A stretch of DNA of 64,000 nucleotides from IMG/VR virus record IMGVR_UViG_3300032334_001128, positions 32,001-96,000 of that record; one strand, given 5' to 3'. Numbering within the stretch: the stretch's first letter is position 1; the number at the start of each line of letters is the position of its first letter. This DNA is from a virus. The notes under the pieces are model-generated. The model did no database searches. It saw only the letters and a list, made by a program, of their open reading frames with translations, and was not told where the DNA came from. Both the position numbers and the translations under genes were made by a program. This document shows positions 62,565-64,000 of the stretch, in pieces.

Positions 62565-63999
62565 ATTTTTCTCCCCAATTGTCAAACGGTCCGTCTACTC
62601 CAGCTGTAAGGGGGACTTGCCAGCCATCACGGGTGGTCATACATTCTCTAACTGTTTCCATAATCTCTGCAGCTTCTGAGCGTGGAGCTTGTAGAACAAT
62701 TTCGTCATGTACTGGAACAATAAGATACTCTGTCAAATCTGCTTGGTCAAGTTTGATTAAGTTCTGCTTAAAGATTTCAGCAGCACTTGCTTGAATCAAA
62801 TAGTTAGTAAGTGAGTAAACACGATCATCATCGCAAGGCAGACGACGTCCAGTACGAGTTCTTACGTATCCGGTACCTTCGTCTTTTAGACGACGCATTC
62901 CAAGATCTTCAATTTGATGTTGCATCATTTTTACACCTGGGTAGTTGCCATCAAAGGCATCTACAACTTCTTTCATCTGATGATCTGGAACTCCAGCTGT
63001 AAGAGCCATCTTAGATACACCAGCACCATAGAGCTTTCCATAGACAACACCTTTAATAAGTTTACGTCTAGGATCTGACTTTTGCAGACTTGGGTCTTGA
63101 TATACCTGTTGCATAATCGAAGTAAATACGTCACCGCCTACTCTATCTGCTTCATTGAATAGATCGATAAGTTGTTGATCTTCACTGAAGTTTGCAGTTA
63201 GACGGAACTCTACCTGATCTAAGTCAGATGAAATAATTACATGGTCTTCATCCTTAGGAATAAATGCACGACGTACAGTTGCGTCTCCAGACGGAAGAGT
63301 TTGTAGTGCTGGGTCGGTGATAGACATACGACCGGTGCGAGCACCAAGGGTTTTTACAGATGGATGCATGATGCCATCAATATTCCCATCAAGGAAATTT
63401 TTGAAATAAGTATTAGCTAGCTTGTCAGCTTTACGTTGTTGTAGAACTGCCTCTGCTAAAGCACGTTGTCCAGGATCTCCGTCGCGAGCAATCAACATTA
63501 GCTGTTCTTTAGATGCTGATTTTTGACCGCTGGCAGTTGTCTCTGTGATTTCAAATCCCATGGTTTCAAACTGACGAACTAGTTGGATATTGCTTGTAAT
63601 CATGAGACCGTTATAAGTATCTTTGGCCCAATCACGAACTGACTGGCCATAGTTATTTAGTTCATCAAACTTACGCTGAGAATAGTCAAGGTCCACGCGA
63701 GCACCATTGATTTCCATGCGAGTAACAATTTTACGAGTAGCCATTTCTAATTCGTATGCTTGGCTGTAAGGCATTCCAGGGCCACACTTATCCCAGAACT
63801 GCTCGAATAGACGCATAGTTAGGACTGTATCTAGAGCACCATATGCCCAGTAAGGCTCAAAGTTAGTTGGAACGGTTCCCCAGGTCCATCCATTCTCTGT
63901 TAGCGACTGATCTAAATGTGCTTGAAGTCCAGCAGCTCTACGATCTACATATTGCTGTGTAAGTTTTTTCAAAGCACCGGAACCAAGTGGATCAATAAT
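62557..63999 (-). CDS. polA: Family A DNA polymerase (5' end truncated by window)
   Basis: The frame is open to the window edge. Contains YGALD (ExoIII), TGRMS...P.LQ, SDLDQVEFR (motif A), K..VYG.LYGAG (motif B) and VHDEIV (motif C). Confidence 0.95.
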   Translation of the reverse strand: MIDPLGSGALKKLTQQYVDRRAAGLQAHLDQSLTENGWTWGTVPTNFEPYWAYGALDTVLTMRLFEQFWDKCGPGMPYSQAYELEMATRKIVTRMEINGARVDLDYSQRKFDELNNYGQSVRDWAKDTYNGLMITSNIQLVRQFETMGFEITETTASGQKSASKEQLMLIARDGDPGQRALAEAVLQQRKADKLANTYFKNFLDGNIDGIMHPSVKTLGARTGRMSITDPALQTLPSGDATVRRAFIPKDEDHVIISSDLDQVEFRLTANFSEDQQLIDLFNEADRVGGDVFTSIMQQVYQDPSLQKSDPRRKLIKGVVYGKLYGAGVSKMALTAGVPDHQMKEVVDAFDGNYPGVKMMQHQIEDLGMRRLKDEGTGYVRTRTGRRLPCDDDRVYSLTNYLIQASAAEIFKQNLIKLDQADLTEYLIVPVHDEIVLQAPRSEAAEIMETVRECMTTRDGWQVPLTAGVDGPFDNWGEKYE

Positions 64000-64000
64000 T

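Noticed and set aside
60206-63999. Inteins or introns in the helicase or polymerase
   Set aside because: The motif spacing is normal, and no intein splice-junction or homing endonuclease signatures were seen.
1-64000. tRNA/rRNA genes and an endolysin
   Set aside because: No cloverleaf or rRNA-like segment was recognised in the intergenic gaps. No amidase, peptidase or glycosidase lysin was recognised; absence is not interpretable because the genome continues beyond the window.

Overview
The window is most of a tailed dsDNA phage genome (siphovirus-type) with an actinobacterial host, inferred from a phage whiB and an architecture resembling cluster-B mycobacteriophages. Both window edges cut genes (TerL on the left, DNA polymerase I on the right). 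The + strand runs: TerL C-terminus; two small promoter-ORF-terminator cassettes; a ~1.1 kb non-coding hub (GATC array, AGCT array, palindromes); a double-HTH gene; portal; a Dps/ferritin fusion; a 4795-aa polyvalent protein; a multidomain prohead protease; two capsid proteins; then the tail genes. The right arm holds a small serine recombinase, primase-helicase, metallophosphoesterase, and a - strand replication/repair block (WhiB, DenV-like glycosylase, possible GT-B glycosyltransferase, SSB, AAA ATPase, PD-(D/E)XK nuclease, SNF2 helicase, RuvC-like resolvase, PolA). The strongest candidate for a new system is the 4795-aa head-module protein. It is divided by 25 copies of a G-F-x-Q-x-x-G peptide (24 complete) into mostly ~95-135-aa, largely acidic modules, and ends in a ParB-like domain and two ArdC-like ssDNA-binding/metalloprotease units. 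This looks like a virion-delivered, proteolytically processed anti-defence polyprotein. All family assignments come from motif recognition by eye and all counts are manual; no database search or computation was run.
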